From Felis catus (Eukaryota): a DNA stretch of 64,000 nt. Below, piece by piece: positions 1 to 12,095 of this stretch; position 1 is the first letter of the stretch, and every line of letters starts with the position of its first letter. Under the pieces are notes generated by a model, which made no database searches, was not told the origin of the DNA, and worked only from the letters and a program-made list of their open reading frames with translations. The translations under genes and the position numbers were made by a program. Location of the stretch: positions 140,060,001-140,124,000 of the forward strand of contig NC_058368.1 of NCBI RefSeq assembly GCF_018350175.1. Direction: 5' to 3'.

Positions 1-1425
1 TTTGAAGCTCCTGTCATCCTCTCCTATAGAGGTGGAGTGTTCACAACATACTAGCACTTGTCCCCAAGGAAAACCTTTTCCTGACCTCTTCACCCGTAAC
101 CTTTTGATAATCTTAAAGTACACGTTGGAATATGAGTTTCAAAACACTTCCTTTGCACAGGTGAGCTGGCAGTTCCCTTTGGCAAATGCGGGCCAGTCTC
201 CTCCTAATGTTTTGTTTCTGTACCTTTTGAGCACCAAAATTATAACAGAAAGAGTCCCTTGTTAATATCAGTTTTTTATTCATTCACACTTATATTCTTT
301 TTCCAGGTGTTTCTTAAACACCTGCTCTGTGTACCATGGTAGCCACTCGTGATACAAGGATAAAGAAGACAGGGTTTCTGATCCAAAGAAGTCCAGAATT
401 AAATTATGCTTTGAAGACAGGCATTGAAGGACCTCTTTCCTAAGTTTCTACTGTTTGGCTTGGCAGAGGCTGTTCTCAGAGGAGACCTGCTTTCTCTGTG
501 TGCCACCTGCCCAGAATAGCCCCTTCTTTGGAGCTTCAGTCCTTTGTTCTGTGCTCTTCCTAAGGACACCCCAAATACATTCTGGAGACCATCAATTACC
601 TCAGCACTTACCCTGTTTAACATCTCGTTGCTATTAAGTAATTAGAACTGATCATTCCTGTCTACCTAATGTGGCAGTTTTCACCTCTCTTCATCCTTAG
701 GGATGGGGAGCATGACAACAGTACTTTTAGAATGCTCCCCAAGTGATTCTACAACAGAGCTAGGGTCAGGGCTTATCAGTGAAACACACATCCTTCTAAT
801 CAAACTGCTGCTCAAGGAATTTAATCTATCTTCTATGATCACTGGGAGAAATATCAATTATGTAAATCCATAGAGATGATATAATATAATATACATTTCA
901 GACATTACTTCATTGTTACTTGTGGGGTCCACTGCTCATGTCCTCACTTTAATGTATCTTCTGTCAGTCTAAAGATAGAAATACCTGATTCTGCAAATGT
1001 CCTTCTTTCCTATAGAGGGAAGAAGAAATATAAGACCAGTCCTATTCACAAAGAAATGAGAAATTGCACTAAAAATCAATACCACCCTTTTAAAGACCTG
1101 GAGCATCATTATTGCTTTCTCAGACAAAATTAGCAGTAATGCTTCTTCATTAAATTTTTATTGCCAAGTGAATTTGCTGAAAGAACTTTGTGGTGAAAAA
1201 TTATATTCAAGTTTAGAATATGAAACTTGCTTAAGAGTAGCATCATAGGATTATAGAATCTTTTTGCTAGCATGCTTGCTCATAATTCTAAATTCTCCTG
1301 ATGCTATTTTCATATGATCTTGAAGGTCAATCAAGTATCAACAAACTCAGAACTCATGAATGTTTTCTACAATCATGTTAAGTCAAATGCCTGATGCTGC
1401 CCATTGCTCTGCTCTTTTATGGCTT

Positions 1426-1617
1426 TTTAAAAAAATTTATTTCATTATTTTTGAGAGAGAGGGAACCAGGGGGGAGATGCAGAGAGAGAAGAGGACAAAG
1501 GATGTGAAGTGGGCTCTGCAATCAGTGAGACCGATGCAGGGCTTGAACTCATAAACCATGAAATCATGACCTGAGCCAAAGTCAGATGCTCAACCAACTG
1601 AGCCACCCAGGCTCCCC
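1426..1617 (-). mobile_element. CAN-SINE (older SINEC type)
   Basis: Reverse-complement SINE head (…gagccacccaggctcccc), GA tract, T-rich tail; flanking ttatggctt duplication. Confidence 0.9.
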
Positions 1618-2293
1618 TTATGGCTTCTTACAATGTTTCTAATATTTGTTGTTCTGTTATTTATTGTATTTATGTGTATAAGTACCTCATGCATACTTGT
1701 ATACATTCATTTATTTATTCCCCAAACATTTATGGAATGTTTGTATTAGAGATACAGGAATGAAAGGCACTGTCTGTGCCCTCCCTCGTGTTCTGACACC
1801 ACTTTGTACTCACCCCCATTGCATCCACTGGGCTGTCCAAGTGGATTAATTTGACTCCTAGGGACTCTGTCTTGAGCCTCTTTGAAGGTCTGCTTCTGAT
1901 ATTTGTGGCCCAGGACAAGAATACAAATGGAAGCCTACACACTATGTATCTAAATATTTAAAGGGTATATATTGAGCTATCATACCTTTAAATAAAATAT
2001 GCTCTCTCCTCTTGCCTTGCAAATATACCTCCATAATAGTTAAATTGAAAAATACATCTAAAGCCATGGTTTCCATATGACTGAAAGACAGCAGATATCA
2101 CGGATAACTTGGTTTAATTATTTTTTGCATATCCCTGCAGAAAATTACATATATATACATATACATAGATATAGATATAGATATCTATATATATGTTAAG
2201 TTGCTTTTTCTTTCCTTCATTTTAGCATACTTGCTGATTATATTGTAGTCAGAATTTATAGATAATTTGTGTTCTATTGAAAGTAATGATCTA

Positions 2294-2507
2294 GGGGCGC
2301 CTGGGTGGCGCAGTCGGTTAAGCGTCCGACTTCAGCCAGGTCACGATCTCACGGTCCGTGAGTTCGAGCCCCGCATCAGGCTCTGGGCTGATGGCTCGGA
2401 GCCTGGAGCCTGCTTCTGATTCTGTGTCTCCCTCTCTCTCTGCCCCTCCCCCATTCATGCTCTGTCTCTCTCTGTCCCAAAAATAAATAAAAAATGTTAA
2501 AAAAAAA
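2294..2507 (+). mobile_element. CAN-SINE, young SINEC_Fc
   Basis: ggggcgcctgggtggcgcagtcgg head, B box gttcgagcc, CT tract, poly(A); perfect TSD aaagtaatgatcta (2280-2293/2508-2521). Confidence 0.97.
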
Positions 2508-2736
2508 AAAGTAATGATCTAAAGGAATAAAAATTGAAGGTAAATGTATATAACTGTAAAGTATAATTAGAATGTTTTCTAAAATGTAAATTAAAGTAAA
2601 TATGAAATAGGAACAAATTGTGGTTTTCAAGTGCTGTCATTCAAAATTACAAACTATAATTAATAAATATCAAAATTTTAAATCATTTTGAAATCTGAAG
2701 TTTAATTTGTTTTGAAATTTTAGTTATAAAACATTA

Positions 2737-2947
2737 TTTTTTTTAATGTTTACTTATTTTTGACAGAGAGAGAGGCAGAGAATGAGCAGGGGAGGGGCAG
2801 AGAGAGAGGGAGACACAGAATCTGAAGCAGGCTCCAGGCTCTGAGCTGTCAGCACAGAGCCCGATGTGGGGCTCAAACTCACAGACCTTGAGATCATGAC
2901 CTGAGCCAAAGTCAGACGCTCAACTGACTGAGCCACCCAGGCACCCC
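2737..2947 (-). mobile_element. CAN-SINE
   Basis: Full-length reverse SINE; TSD aaacatta. Confidence 0.95.
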
Positions 2948-3119
2948 AAACATTAAGTATTTTAAATAAACCATTTGCTACTTTAGGTTTCAAGATTTAT
3001 CTACTAGCCCATATCCAATATAAAGAATTAATATACATTTCCACATATATTAAATTTAGTTCTACATAAATGCTAATTTGAAATCAATATAAATTGTTTG
3101 ATATTATAAGATGCTTCTT

Positions 3120-3337
3120 GGGGTGCCTGGTTGGCTCAATTGGTTGAGCATCCAACTTCGGCTCAGGTCATGATCTCACGGTTCGTGGGTTCGAGCCCCG
3201 CGTTGGGCTCTGTGATGACAGCTCAGAGCCTGGAGCCTGCTTCAGATTCTGTTTCTCCCTCTCTCTTTGCCCCTCCCCTGCTCACAATCTGTCTCTGTCT
3301 CTCAAATAATCAAATAAAATGTTAAAAAAAATTTTCA
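3120..3337 (+). mobile_element. CAN-SINE
   Basis: Full-length; TSD atgcttcttg (3111-3120/3338-3347). Confidence 0.95.
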
Positions 3338-3652
3338 ATGCTTCTTGACTCCCATATTCAATTGTTGTAAATATGCTAATTACTAAGACAGGGGAGTGCA
3401 GCCATTGGCAGTTCTTTTGCTGTCAGGCTCTCCGTAAATCCCCTCCTTCGCTCCTGTTTTGAGCCCCTTTTTTATTCTTAATCTTCCTATCTGCTTCATC
3501 CAAGGCTAAAGCCTCCCTGGTCATCCTCCACCATCAAAACCCCCACCATCAAAATATTCTTTACCAGAATATTCATGGATAAGGCTTTCTCTGCCATGTT
3601 CTACCAATTTTTCTGCTTTCTTTCAGAAATTTGTTGGAGTCTCTAATCCTTT

Positions 3653-3869
3653 TATAAAGTATTTTTTTTAATGTTTATTTATTTTTGAGACAGAGAGACA
3701 GAGCATGAACAGGGGAGGGGCAGAGAGAGAGGGAGAAACAGAATCGGAAACAGGCTCCAGGCTCTGAGCGGTCAGCACAGAGCCCGACGCGGGGCCCGAA
3801 CTGGCAGACCATGAAATCATGACCCCAGCAGAAGTCGGACGCTTAACCGATAAGCCACCCAGGAGCCCC
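3653..3869 (-). mobile_element. CAN-SINE
   Basis: Full-length; TSD ggagtctctaatccttt (3636-3652/3870-3886). Confidence 0.96.
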
Positions 3870-4823
3870 GGAGTCTCTAATCCTTTAATGGATCCCCTCT
3901 TAGTCTTTTTATTGCTATAAATTTATTCCTTTTTTATTCTTTCGTTATCATCTTAATAGGATTTGGGGGTGAGGAAAGAGGTTAACAAAAACATGTATTC
4001 AGTTGCATAAAAGAAATTTTTATAACTAGTTTAAAAAAAGATAATAGGAAGAGGATTTAAAAATCTTTATCATCCCAATAAAACCCACAATCACAATAAT
4101 ATATTTACTAGTGGAGCCCAATGTGATATATTAACAAAGATTCTCCCTTCTTATATTTAAGGTTGAGAGTATTAGAGGGATATGTGCAGGGGTCTGTCTT
4201 AATGTACAGATCATGAATATGAAGACACATCCTCTTGCTCCTGGTTATGATCAGGAGTAATCTCATGGTGAGAACAGCAGTTAAGGGGAAGGACACCACT
4301 GGTGGCTATAAGAGACTGGGGCTCGCTGTCCACCCGAAGATCACACTAATCACTTTGGCCTCAGAGACACTAGTCTCACAGACTGAACGCATTTATTATA
4401 GTCCTTGGCCAGAACATTATGGAGGAAGAAAGTGGAGCAGATTGATTCTTCTCCTCTTGAAATAAATTAAAAAAAAAATTTTTTTACTATGGTAAAATAC
4501 ACATAACATAAAATTTCTCTCTTAACCATTTTTAAGTTCAGTGGTATTATTATTGGGTAACCATCACTACCACCCATCTCTAGAGCTCTTTTCATGTTGC
4601 AAAAATTTAAATTTTATACCCATTAAGCAATGACTCCTCATTCCCCCTGCTGCCCAGCCTTATACAACCCTTATCCTACTTTCTGTCTCAATGATTTTGG
4701 CTACACTAAGTACCTCATATAAATAGAATCATACCGTATTTGTCTTTCTATGACTGGCTTATTTCACTTAGCATAATGTTCTCAAGAGTCATCCATGTTG
4801 TAGCCTAAGTCAAAATTTCCTTC

Positions 4824-5102
4824 CTTCCTTCCCCCCTCCCTCCTTTCTTTCCTCCTTATCTCCTTTCTTTCTTTCCTTCCTTCCTTCTTTCCTTCCTTTC
4901 TTCCTTCCTTTTGAGAGGGAGAGAGAGAGAGAGCACGAACAGTGGAGAGGCAGAGAGAGAGGGGGAGAGAGAAAATCCCAGGCAGGCTCTGCACTGCCAG
5001 TCCAGAGCCCCATGTGAGGCTTGATTCCATGAACTGTGAGATCATGACCTGAGCCAAAATCAAGAGTTGGATGCTCACCCACCTGAGCCATCCAGGTGCG
5101 CC
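4824..5102 (-). mobile_element. CAN-SINE with (TTCC)n tail
   Basis: Reverse SINE body; TSD aatttccttc (4814-4823/5105-5114). Confidence 0.92.
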
Positions 5103-5475
5103 AGAATTTCCTTCATTTTTAAGACTGATAATATTCTATCGTATGTATATACCACATTTTGCTAATCCATACATTCACTTATAGGCTTTTGGGTTGCTTC
5201 CATGTTTTCATTATTGTGAATAATGCTGATATGAACATGATGTACGAGTATCTTATTGAGAAGCTGCTTTCAATTTTTTTGATTATATATCCAGAAGTGG
5301 AATTGCTGGATCACATGGTAATTCTGCTTTTAATTTTTTTAGAAACTGCTCTATGGCTTTCCACAGTGGCTGTACCATTTTACATTCCCAACAAGAGTGC
5401 ACAAGTGTTCTAATTTCTCCACATCCTCACCAACACTTGTAATTTTCTTTTGTTTTGTTTTGTTTTGTTTTGTTT

Positions 5476-5865
5476 AATTGAACCACCGTTGCATTCCCGG
5501 AATAAATCCAACTTGATCATGGTGAATGATTTTTTAAATGTATTTTTGGATTCGGTTTGCTAATATTTTGTTGAGAATTTTTGCATCTATGTTCATCAGA
5601 GATCTTGATCTACAGTTTTCTTTTTGTTGTTGTTGTGCTTTCTTCGGTTTTGGTATCTGGGTAATGCTGACCTTGCAGAATGAATGTGGAAGCTTTCCTT
5701 CCCCTTCTATTTTTTGGAATCATTTGAGAAGGATTAGGTACTAACTCTTCTTTAAATGTTTGGTAGAATTCACCTGTGAAGCCATCTGGTCTTGGACTTC
5801 TGTTTGTTGGAAGTTTTTTTGTTTGTTTGTTTTTTGTTTTTTCCAGTTTTTTTGAGGGGGGGGGC

Positions 5866-5896
<31 letters not shown>

Positions 5897-6100
5897 ATCC
5901 CAAGCAGACTCCATGTTCGCAGTGTGGAGATGTGGGGCTCAATCCCATGAACCATGAGATCGTGACCTGAGCCAAAGTCAAGAATTGGATGCTTAACTGG
6001 CTGAGCCACCCAGGTGCCCCAGGTTGGGAGTTTTTTGATTACTGATTTAATTTCACTGCTTATTCTTGTTCTGTTCAAATTTTCTATTTTTTCCTAATTC
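5476..6100 (-). mobile_element. L1 ORF2 internal fragment nested in older L1
   Basis: Minus strand encodes L1 ORF2-like motifs (SPRPDGFTGEFYQTFKEEL; IIHHDQVGFIPGMQRWFN). Confidence 0.88.
5821..6020 (-). mobile_element. CAN-SINE
   Basis: Reverse SINE within L1; TSD gttgg(a/g)agtttttt. Confidence 0.9.
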
Positions 6101-6647
6101 ATTTTTTGTTTTTGTTTTGATAGTAGTCATCCTAATGGGTATGAGGTGGTCCTCCTGATATAATTTCATACATTTATTCTAGACTGAGTTTTTGGATTCT
6201 ACCTACTATTGTATGGTTGCTAAGGATACAAGAGCAAATACTTGAGCTTCTCAAGTGCTGGGAGATCATTTCCAATTTTCCAGAGAAACAAGAAAAATCA
6301 ATTACCTAGCATAGCTTTCTGTACTTGACTGTCAAAAATGCTCCCATATAAAGGCAAAAGATTAGCATTCCCATATTAAATCTTTTCCAGATTGTCAGCT
6401 TCATGGAGTTTTTTTTTTTTAAGGGTAACATGGTCACTGTATTGAGATTCTGAACACAACGTGCAGCTATGGAAGCAAAGACCCTGTTACAGTTGCATTC
6501 AATCTGATTTCCTAAAGCCAAGTATTTTCACATTATTGATTACCTGCCTTCCATACAAATGGTGGAAGAGAATATAGGAAGGAAAGAAGCTTTTTGAGTC
6601 TATAACTAACTAACTAACTGAACTGCATCAATTTTATATGATCCAAT

Positions 6648-6866
6648 TCTTTTTTTTTTTAACGTTTATTCATTTTTGAGACAGAGAGAAACAAGGGTGT
6701 GATCGGGAGAGGGGCAGAGAGAGGGAGAGGGAGACACAGAATCTGAAGTAGGCTCCAGGCTCTGAGCTGCCAGCACAGAGTCCGACATGGGGCCCAAACC
6801 CACAAACTGTGAGATCATGACCTGAGCCAGTCAGATGCTTAACCGATTGAGCCATCCAGGCGCCCC
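6648..6866 (-). mobile_element. CAN-SINE
   Basis: TSD tatatgatccaat (6635-6647/6867-6879). Confidence 0.95.
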
Positions 6867-7379
6867 TATATGATCCAATCTTAGTGGCCTTCAGGTTAGT
6901 AATGATTTAGAGTTATGCTTTGACTTTCTTTTAAGTATCTCATTAAATCTAATACATTCATCTAAAGTGAGAGAAAAACAAGTACTCTAAGATTTTGTGT
7001 GGGGAATTATACTTTCACCAGTCAAAAAATGAAGATGGCCACCCTGAAAAGATATGTTTTTGCTATTTTATACATTATATGGTGGGTGGGAAAAAGCAGA
7101 CAGTCCCAAGACCCAGGTTTAGGCCCTGGGCTTTAGTGTTTACTAGTACCTCACTTTCTGCAAATTTCTGAAACTCTTTAGATGTTTTACTTAGATGTAT
7201 ATATTTCACAGTTAACATGATTAATAAGGAACAAATGAATAAGGTATATATATTATGATTAGTTTAATTTAAAAAAATTATCCTTTTTGGGGAACATCTG
7301 ATTAGTCATGTGACAAAAAGGTCATTTTCCTCAAATAAACCCATTCTTTAATGCTCCTTTTCTCACATGGTAGAACATT

Positions 7380-7765
7380 ATTTCATTAAAAAATTACTAA
7401 TGGCACCCCAGGTATGTTCTAGGGACTGTTCTAGATGCTTGAGATACATAGTAAACAAAACTCTCTACCCTGCAGGATCTTTCTAGCAGGAGGAAAATGA
7501 CAACAAGCAAAAGGTATAATAAGTAAAGCACTTAGCATGTTAGAATGTCCCACGTGCTAGGGAGAATATTGAAAAGGCAGGGTAAGCAGCATTGGAATGA
7601 TGGGAGTGGACACAGGGGTGGTTGGAAGTTTAAGTCAGTTGGCAGAGTAGGCACCAATGAAATGAGAATTGATCAAGGTCTTGAAGGTGGTGACAAAGTT
7701 AGCCATGGGATTCTTTGGAGGGGGATATTCCAGGAAGAGAGAACTGTTGGTACAAAGACAGAAAC
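7380..7765 (-). mobile_element. L2 3' relic
   Basis: Degenerate antisense L2 3' pattern (ctgttctagatgcttgagataca…gtaaacaaaac). Confidence 0.55.
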
Positions 7766-7769
7766 TGTT

Positions 7770-7910
7770 AGATTTTAGAGATGAGGAAACTGAGATCCAG
7801 AGATGTTAGGGTACTTGCCCAGGATCACATAGTTAAAAAGTGTCAGAACTGGGTACAAAGACAATTTGTCTGGCTTCAAAATTAGTGTTCTAACCTCCTC
7901 ACCATGCTAC
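7770..7910 (-). mobile_element. MIR
   Basis: MIR core attttagagatgaggaaactgag…acttgcccaggatcacatag. Confidence 0.75.
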
Positions 7911-7941
7911 CCTGTGGGCTGTGGTAAGTATTTGTTGAATA

Positions 7942-8003
7942 AATGAATGAGTGAGTGAGTGAGTGAGTGAGTGAGTGAGTGAGTGAATGAATGAATGAAT
8001 GAA
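7942..8003 (+). repeat. (GAGT)n/(GAAT)n microsatellite, probable L2 tail
   Basis: Direct inspection; preceded by tatttgttgaataaatgaat. Confidence 0.85.
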
Positions 8004-8098
8004 TTGCACTAACTGCAAATGACCTGAACTGGTGGTTTAGAAAATGGTGTGTAGAAGACAGGGGGTGGAGTGGATTAATCATGAGGCCAGATAATCTC

Positions 8099-8148
8099 TA
8101 TGTATACATACATATGTGTATATGTATGTGTATGTATATATATCTGTG

Positions 8149-8187
<39 letters not shown>

Positions 8188-8188
8188 A
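8099..8188. repeat. (TA/TG)n-(CA)n compound microsatellite
   Basis: Direct inspection. Confidence 0.9.
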
Positions 8189-9058
8189 GACCACATCTTT
8201 TTTCTCCTTTCATCTAGCGGTAGACATTTGGGTGGCTTCCATATCTTGCTATTGAAAATACTGCTGTAATAAGCATAGGGGTGCATATATCTATTTGAAT
8301 TAGTGTTTGTGTCTTTGGGGAGTAAATACCCAGTAGTGGAATTACTGGATTATATGGTACTTCTATTTTCAGTTTTTTGAGGAACCTCCATATTGATTTC
8401 CAGAGTGGCTGCACCAATTCACATTCCTACCAGCAGTGCACGAGTGTTCCCTTTTTTCCACATCCTTGTCAGTACTCGTTATTTCTTGTCTTTTTTATTC
8501 CAGCCTTTCTGTCAGGTGTAAGGTGGTATCTCATTATGGTTTTGATTTGCATTTCTCTGATGATTAATGATGTTGAGCATCTTTTCATGTGTCTCTTGGC
8601 CATCTCATGTCTTCTTTGGAGAAATGTCTATTCAGGTCCTCTGCCCATTTTTAACCAGAGTGGTTTTTGTTGTTGTTTTTTGTTAGTACTTTGATAGTGA
8701 TTACATGGAACCTATAGATTGCTTTAGTTGGTAGGGACATTTTAACATTATTAATTCTTCTAATCCATGAGCATAGAATATCTTTTTATTTGTTTGTGTC
8801 ATCTTTAATTTCTTTCATCAGTGTTTTCTAGTTTTCAGAGTGTAAGTCTTTTACCTCCTTGGTTAAGTTTATTCCTAGGTATTTTACTCTTTTTGATGCA
8901 ATTGTAAATGGAATCAGTTTTTAATTTCTCCTTCTCCTACTTCATTATTAGTGTATAGAAATGCAACTGATTTCAGTGTATTAATTTTGCATTCCACAAA
9001 TTTACTAAATTCATTTATTGCTTCTAATAATTTTCTCATGGAGTCTTTAGGATTTTCT

Positions 9059-9275
9059 TTTTTTAAAAAAAAGTTTTTTTTAACGTTTATTTATTTTTGA
9101 GACAGAGAGAGACAGAGCATGAACAGGGGAGGGGCAGAGGAAGGGAGACACAGAATCCGAAACAGGCTCCAAGCTGTCAGCACAGAGCCCGACGCGGGGC
9201 TCGAACCCACGAACTGTGAGATCATGACCTGAGCTGAAGATGGACGCTTAACCGACTGAGCCACCCATGCGCCCC
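9059..9275 (-). mobile_element. CAN-SINE
   Basis: TSD ctttaggattttct (9045-9058/9275-9288). Confidence 0.95.
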
Positions 9276-9359
9276 TTTAGGATTTTCTATGTATTATATC
9301 ATGTAATCTACAAATAATGACAGTTTTACTTCTTTGCTACCAATTTGGATGTCAGTCTG

Positions 9360-9360
<1 letters not shown>

Positions 9361-9404
<44 letters not shown>
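9361..9404. repeat. (CTAT)11 tetranucleotide STR
   Basis: Perfect repeat at the tail position of the nested L1. Confidence 0.97.
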
Positions 9405-11066
9405 TTTATTTCAAGATTTTATTTAAATTCAAGTTAATTAACATATAGTGTAGTATTAGTTTCAGGGGTAGAATTTAGTAATTCATCACTTTCATACAAC
9501 ACCCAGCACTCATTACAAGTGCCCTCCTTAATGCCCATTACCTATTTAGCTCATCCCCACACCCACCTCCCTCCAGCAACCCTCAGTTTATTCCCTGCAG
9601 TTATTAGTCTCTTAAGGTTTGCCTCCCTCTTTGTTTTTACCTTATTTTATTTTTCCTTCCCGTCCCTATGTTCATCTGTCTTGTTCCTTAAATTACACAT
9701 ATGAGTGAAATCATATGGTATTTGTCTTTTTCTGACTAACTTATTTCGCTTAGCATAATACACTCTAGTTCCATCCGTGTCATTGCAAATGACAAGATTT
9801 CATTCTTTTTTATGGTGAACTAATATTCCATCGTATATATATACCACATCTTCTTTGTCCATCCATCAGTCAGTGGACATTTGGGATGCTTCCATATCTT
9901 GGCTATTATAAATAATGCTGCTACAAACATAGGAGTGCATGTGCCCCTTTGAATCACTATTTTTGTGTCCTTTGGATAAACACCTAGTAGTACAATTGCT
10001 GAGTCATAGGGTAGTTCTATTTTTAACTTTTTGAGGAAACTCCATACTGTTTTCCAGAGTGGCTGCACCAGTTTTCATTCCCATGAACAGTGCAGAGGGT
10101 TCCCCTTTCTCTGCATCCTTGCTGATGCCTATTGTTTCCTAAGTTTTAATTTTAGCCATTCTGACCAGTGTGAGGTGGTATCTCATTGTGATTTTGATTA
10201 GTATTCCCCAGATGATGAATGATGTTGAGTATTTTTTCATGTGTCTGTTAGCCAATAGTATGTCTTCTTTGGAGAAATGTCTGTTCATGTCTTCTGCCCA
10301 TTTCTTAACTGGATTTTTTATTTTTGGGGTGTTGTGTTTGATAAGTTCTTTATAGATTTTTGATACTAGCCCTTTATCTGCTATGTCATTTGCAGATATC
10401 TTCTCCTATTCCATCAGTTGCCTTTTAGTTTTGTTGATTATTTCCTTTCCTGTGCAGAAGCTTTTTATCTCGACGATGTCCCAAGAGGTCATTTTTGCTT
10501 TTGTTTCCCTTGCCTCTAGAGATGTATCTAGTAAAAACTTACTATGGCTGGGGTCAAAGAGGTTGCTGACTGTGTTCTCCTGTAGGATTTTGATGGTTTC
10601 CTATCTCACACTTAGGTCTTTCATCAATTATATATATAATAATATATGTAATTTTATCTTGAGAGAGAGAGAATGGTTGGCGGAGAGGCAGAGTGAGAGG
10701 GGAACAGAGATTCCAAAGCAGGCTCTGTGCTGACAGCAGAGAGGCTGATGTGGGGTTTGAACTTACGGACTGTGAGATCATGACCTGAGCTGAAGTCAGG
10801 TGCTTAACTAACTGAGCCACCCAGGCAACCCTCATCCATTTCCAGTTTATTTTTGTGTATGGTGTAAGAAAGTGGTCCACTTTCATTCTTCTGCATGTTG
10901 CTGTCCAGTTTTCTCAACACTATTTGTTGAAAAGACTGTCCTTTTTTTTTCCAGTCGCTATTCTTTCCTGCTTTGTTGAAGATTAGTTGATCATAGAGTC
11001 GTGGGTCAATTTCTGGGTTCTCTATTCTGCTCCATTGATCAATGTGTCTTTTTTTGTGCCAGTACC
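9405..11066 (-). mobile_element. 5'-truncated carnivore L1 (L1_Carn-like) nested in older L1
   Basis: Carnivore L1 3' UTR (acaacacccagcactcattacaagtgccctccttaatgccc) then ORF2 C-terminus [21 protein letters not shown]. Confidence 0.9.
10630..10831 (-). mobile_element. CAN-SINE (older type) in nested L1
   Basis: Reverse SINE; degenerate TSD tcatc(a/c)att. Confidence 0.9.
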
Positions 11067-11929
11067 TCCTTTTATTTATTTTTATTATTTGCTGTGGCTA
11101 AAACTTCCAGTACTGTGTTGAATAAGAATGTGACAGTGGGCACCCTTGTCTTGTTCCTGATCTTAGAGGAAAATTTCTCAATTTTTACCACTGAATATGA
11201 TGTTATCTGTAGGTTTTTCATGTATGACCTTTATTATGTTGAGGTATGTTCCCTCCACACTCACTTTGTTGAGAGTTTTTACCATGAACAGATGTTGAAT
11301 TTTTTTCAGATGCTTTTTCTGCACCAATTGAAATGATCATATGATTTTTATCCTTCATTTTGTTAAATTGATGTATCATGTTGATTGATTTGTAGATATT
11401 GAAACATCCTTGCTTCCTGGAATAAATCCCATTTGATTGTGATGAATGATCCTTTTAGTGTATTGTTGGATTCAGTTTGTGATACCACTCTCACCATCCC
11501 AACATGCTATCATTGTTCTAGCAAATCAGGTAAAAGTATCCCTAAAAGGTAAAAGGATCTCAGACAAAGTAGAGAGCTAGACCTCTGAGCGTGGATGGGG
11601 AGTCATTGTCATTTACGGTTAAGTGAGAAGAGTGGTTGTTCCATTTGATGACAACCTTAGATAATGGCTTTAGCCAAGGATACATCTTTAAAGAGAAAAT
11701 GAAAGTAGCTTTAAAGACTCTAACTTGCTTTACTAACATTTACCCTAATAGGCCATGCTTCAGGACTATATCAGTCCAATCATCATCATCATTGTCATCA
11801 TCGTCATCATCATGGCTGTCCCTGAGTGCTTACTTTTTGCCACACAATGGAGGATAATCCTCATAACTGTTTATGTGTTTATTTATGTATCTATGTAATT
11901 GTCAATAATCCATATTATAACTCTATATA

Positions 11930-12095
11930 TAAACACTCCCCATAAAACTATGAGAGTACTAATATTATTGCCATTTTGTAGATGAAAAAACAGAGGCTTC
12001 TAAGAAACTTGTTAAAGTCACACAGCAGGAAAGCAACAGAGGCAGGAATCCAAGCTATATAGCATATCCCTAGACCTCCTGCTCTTGACCACAAT
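11930..12095 (-). mobile_element. MIR
   Basis: ccattttgtagatgaaaaaacagaggc…aagtcacacagc. Confidence 0.7.

Larger units (their letters stand above)
1885..3110. mobile_element. hAT-Tip100 DNA transposon relic (Zaphod/MER115-like), interrupted by SINEs
   Basis: End gatatttgtggcccaggacaagaatacaaatggaagcc…tctaaatattta resembles recalled MER115/Zaphod terminus; minus strand ~2220-2293 translates to SLLSIEHKLSINSDYNIISKYAK, like a hAT C-terminal dimerisation motif; right boundary uncertain. Confidence 0.6.
4478..6150 (-). mobile_element. Old L1 (L1MA/MB-like) 3' end, host to a SINE and a nested L1 fragment
   Basis: Typical antisense L1 3' motifs (gactggcttatttcacttagcataatg; tttacattcccaacaagagtg; catcctcaccaacacttg), resuming at ~6105 with catcctaatgggtatgaggtggt. 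Confidence 0.85.
8189..11480 (-). mobile_element. L1 ORF2/3' fragments (host element) with nested L1 and SINEs
   Basis: Minus [33 protein letters not shown] (ORF2 C-terminus); host breaks at ~9355 and resumes at ~11067. Confidence 0.88.

Noticed and set aside
2294..2375. tRNA-like A and B boxes
   Set aside because: tRNA-derived SINE head, not a tRNA gene; it continues into the SINE body.
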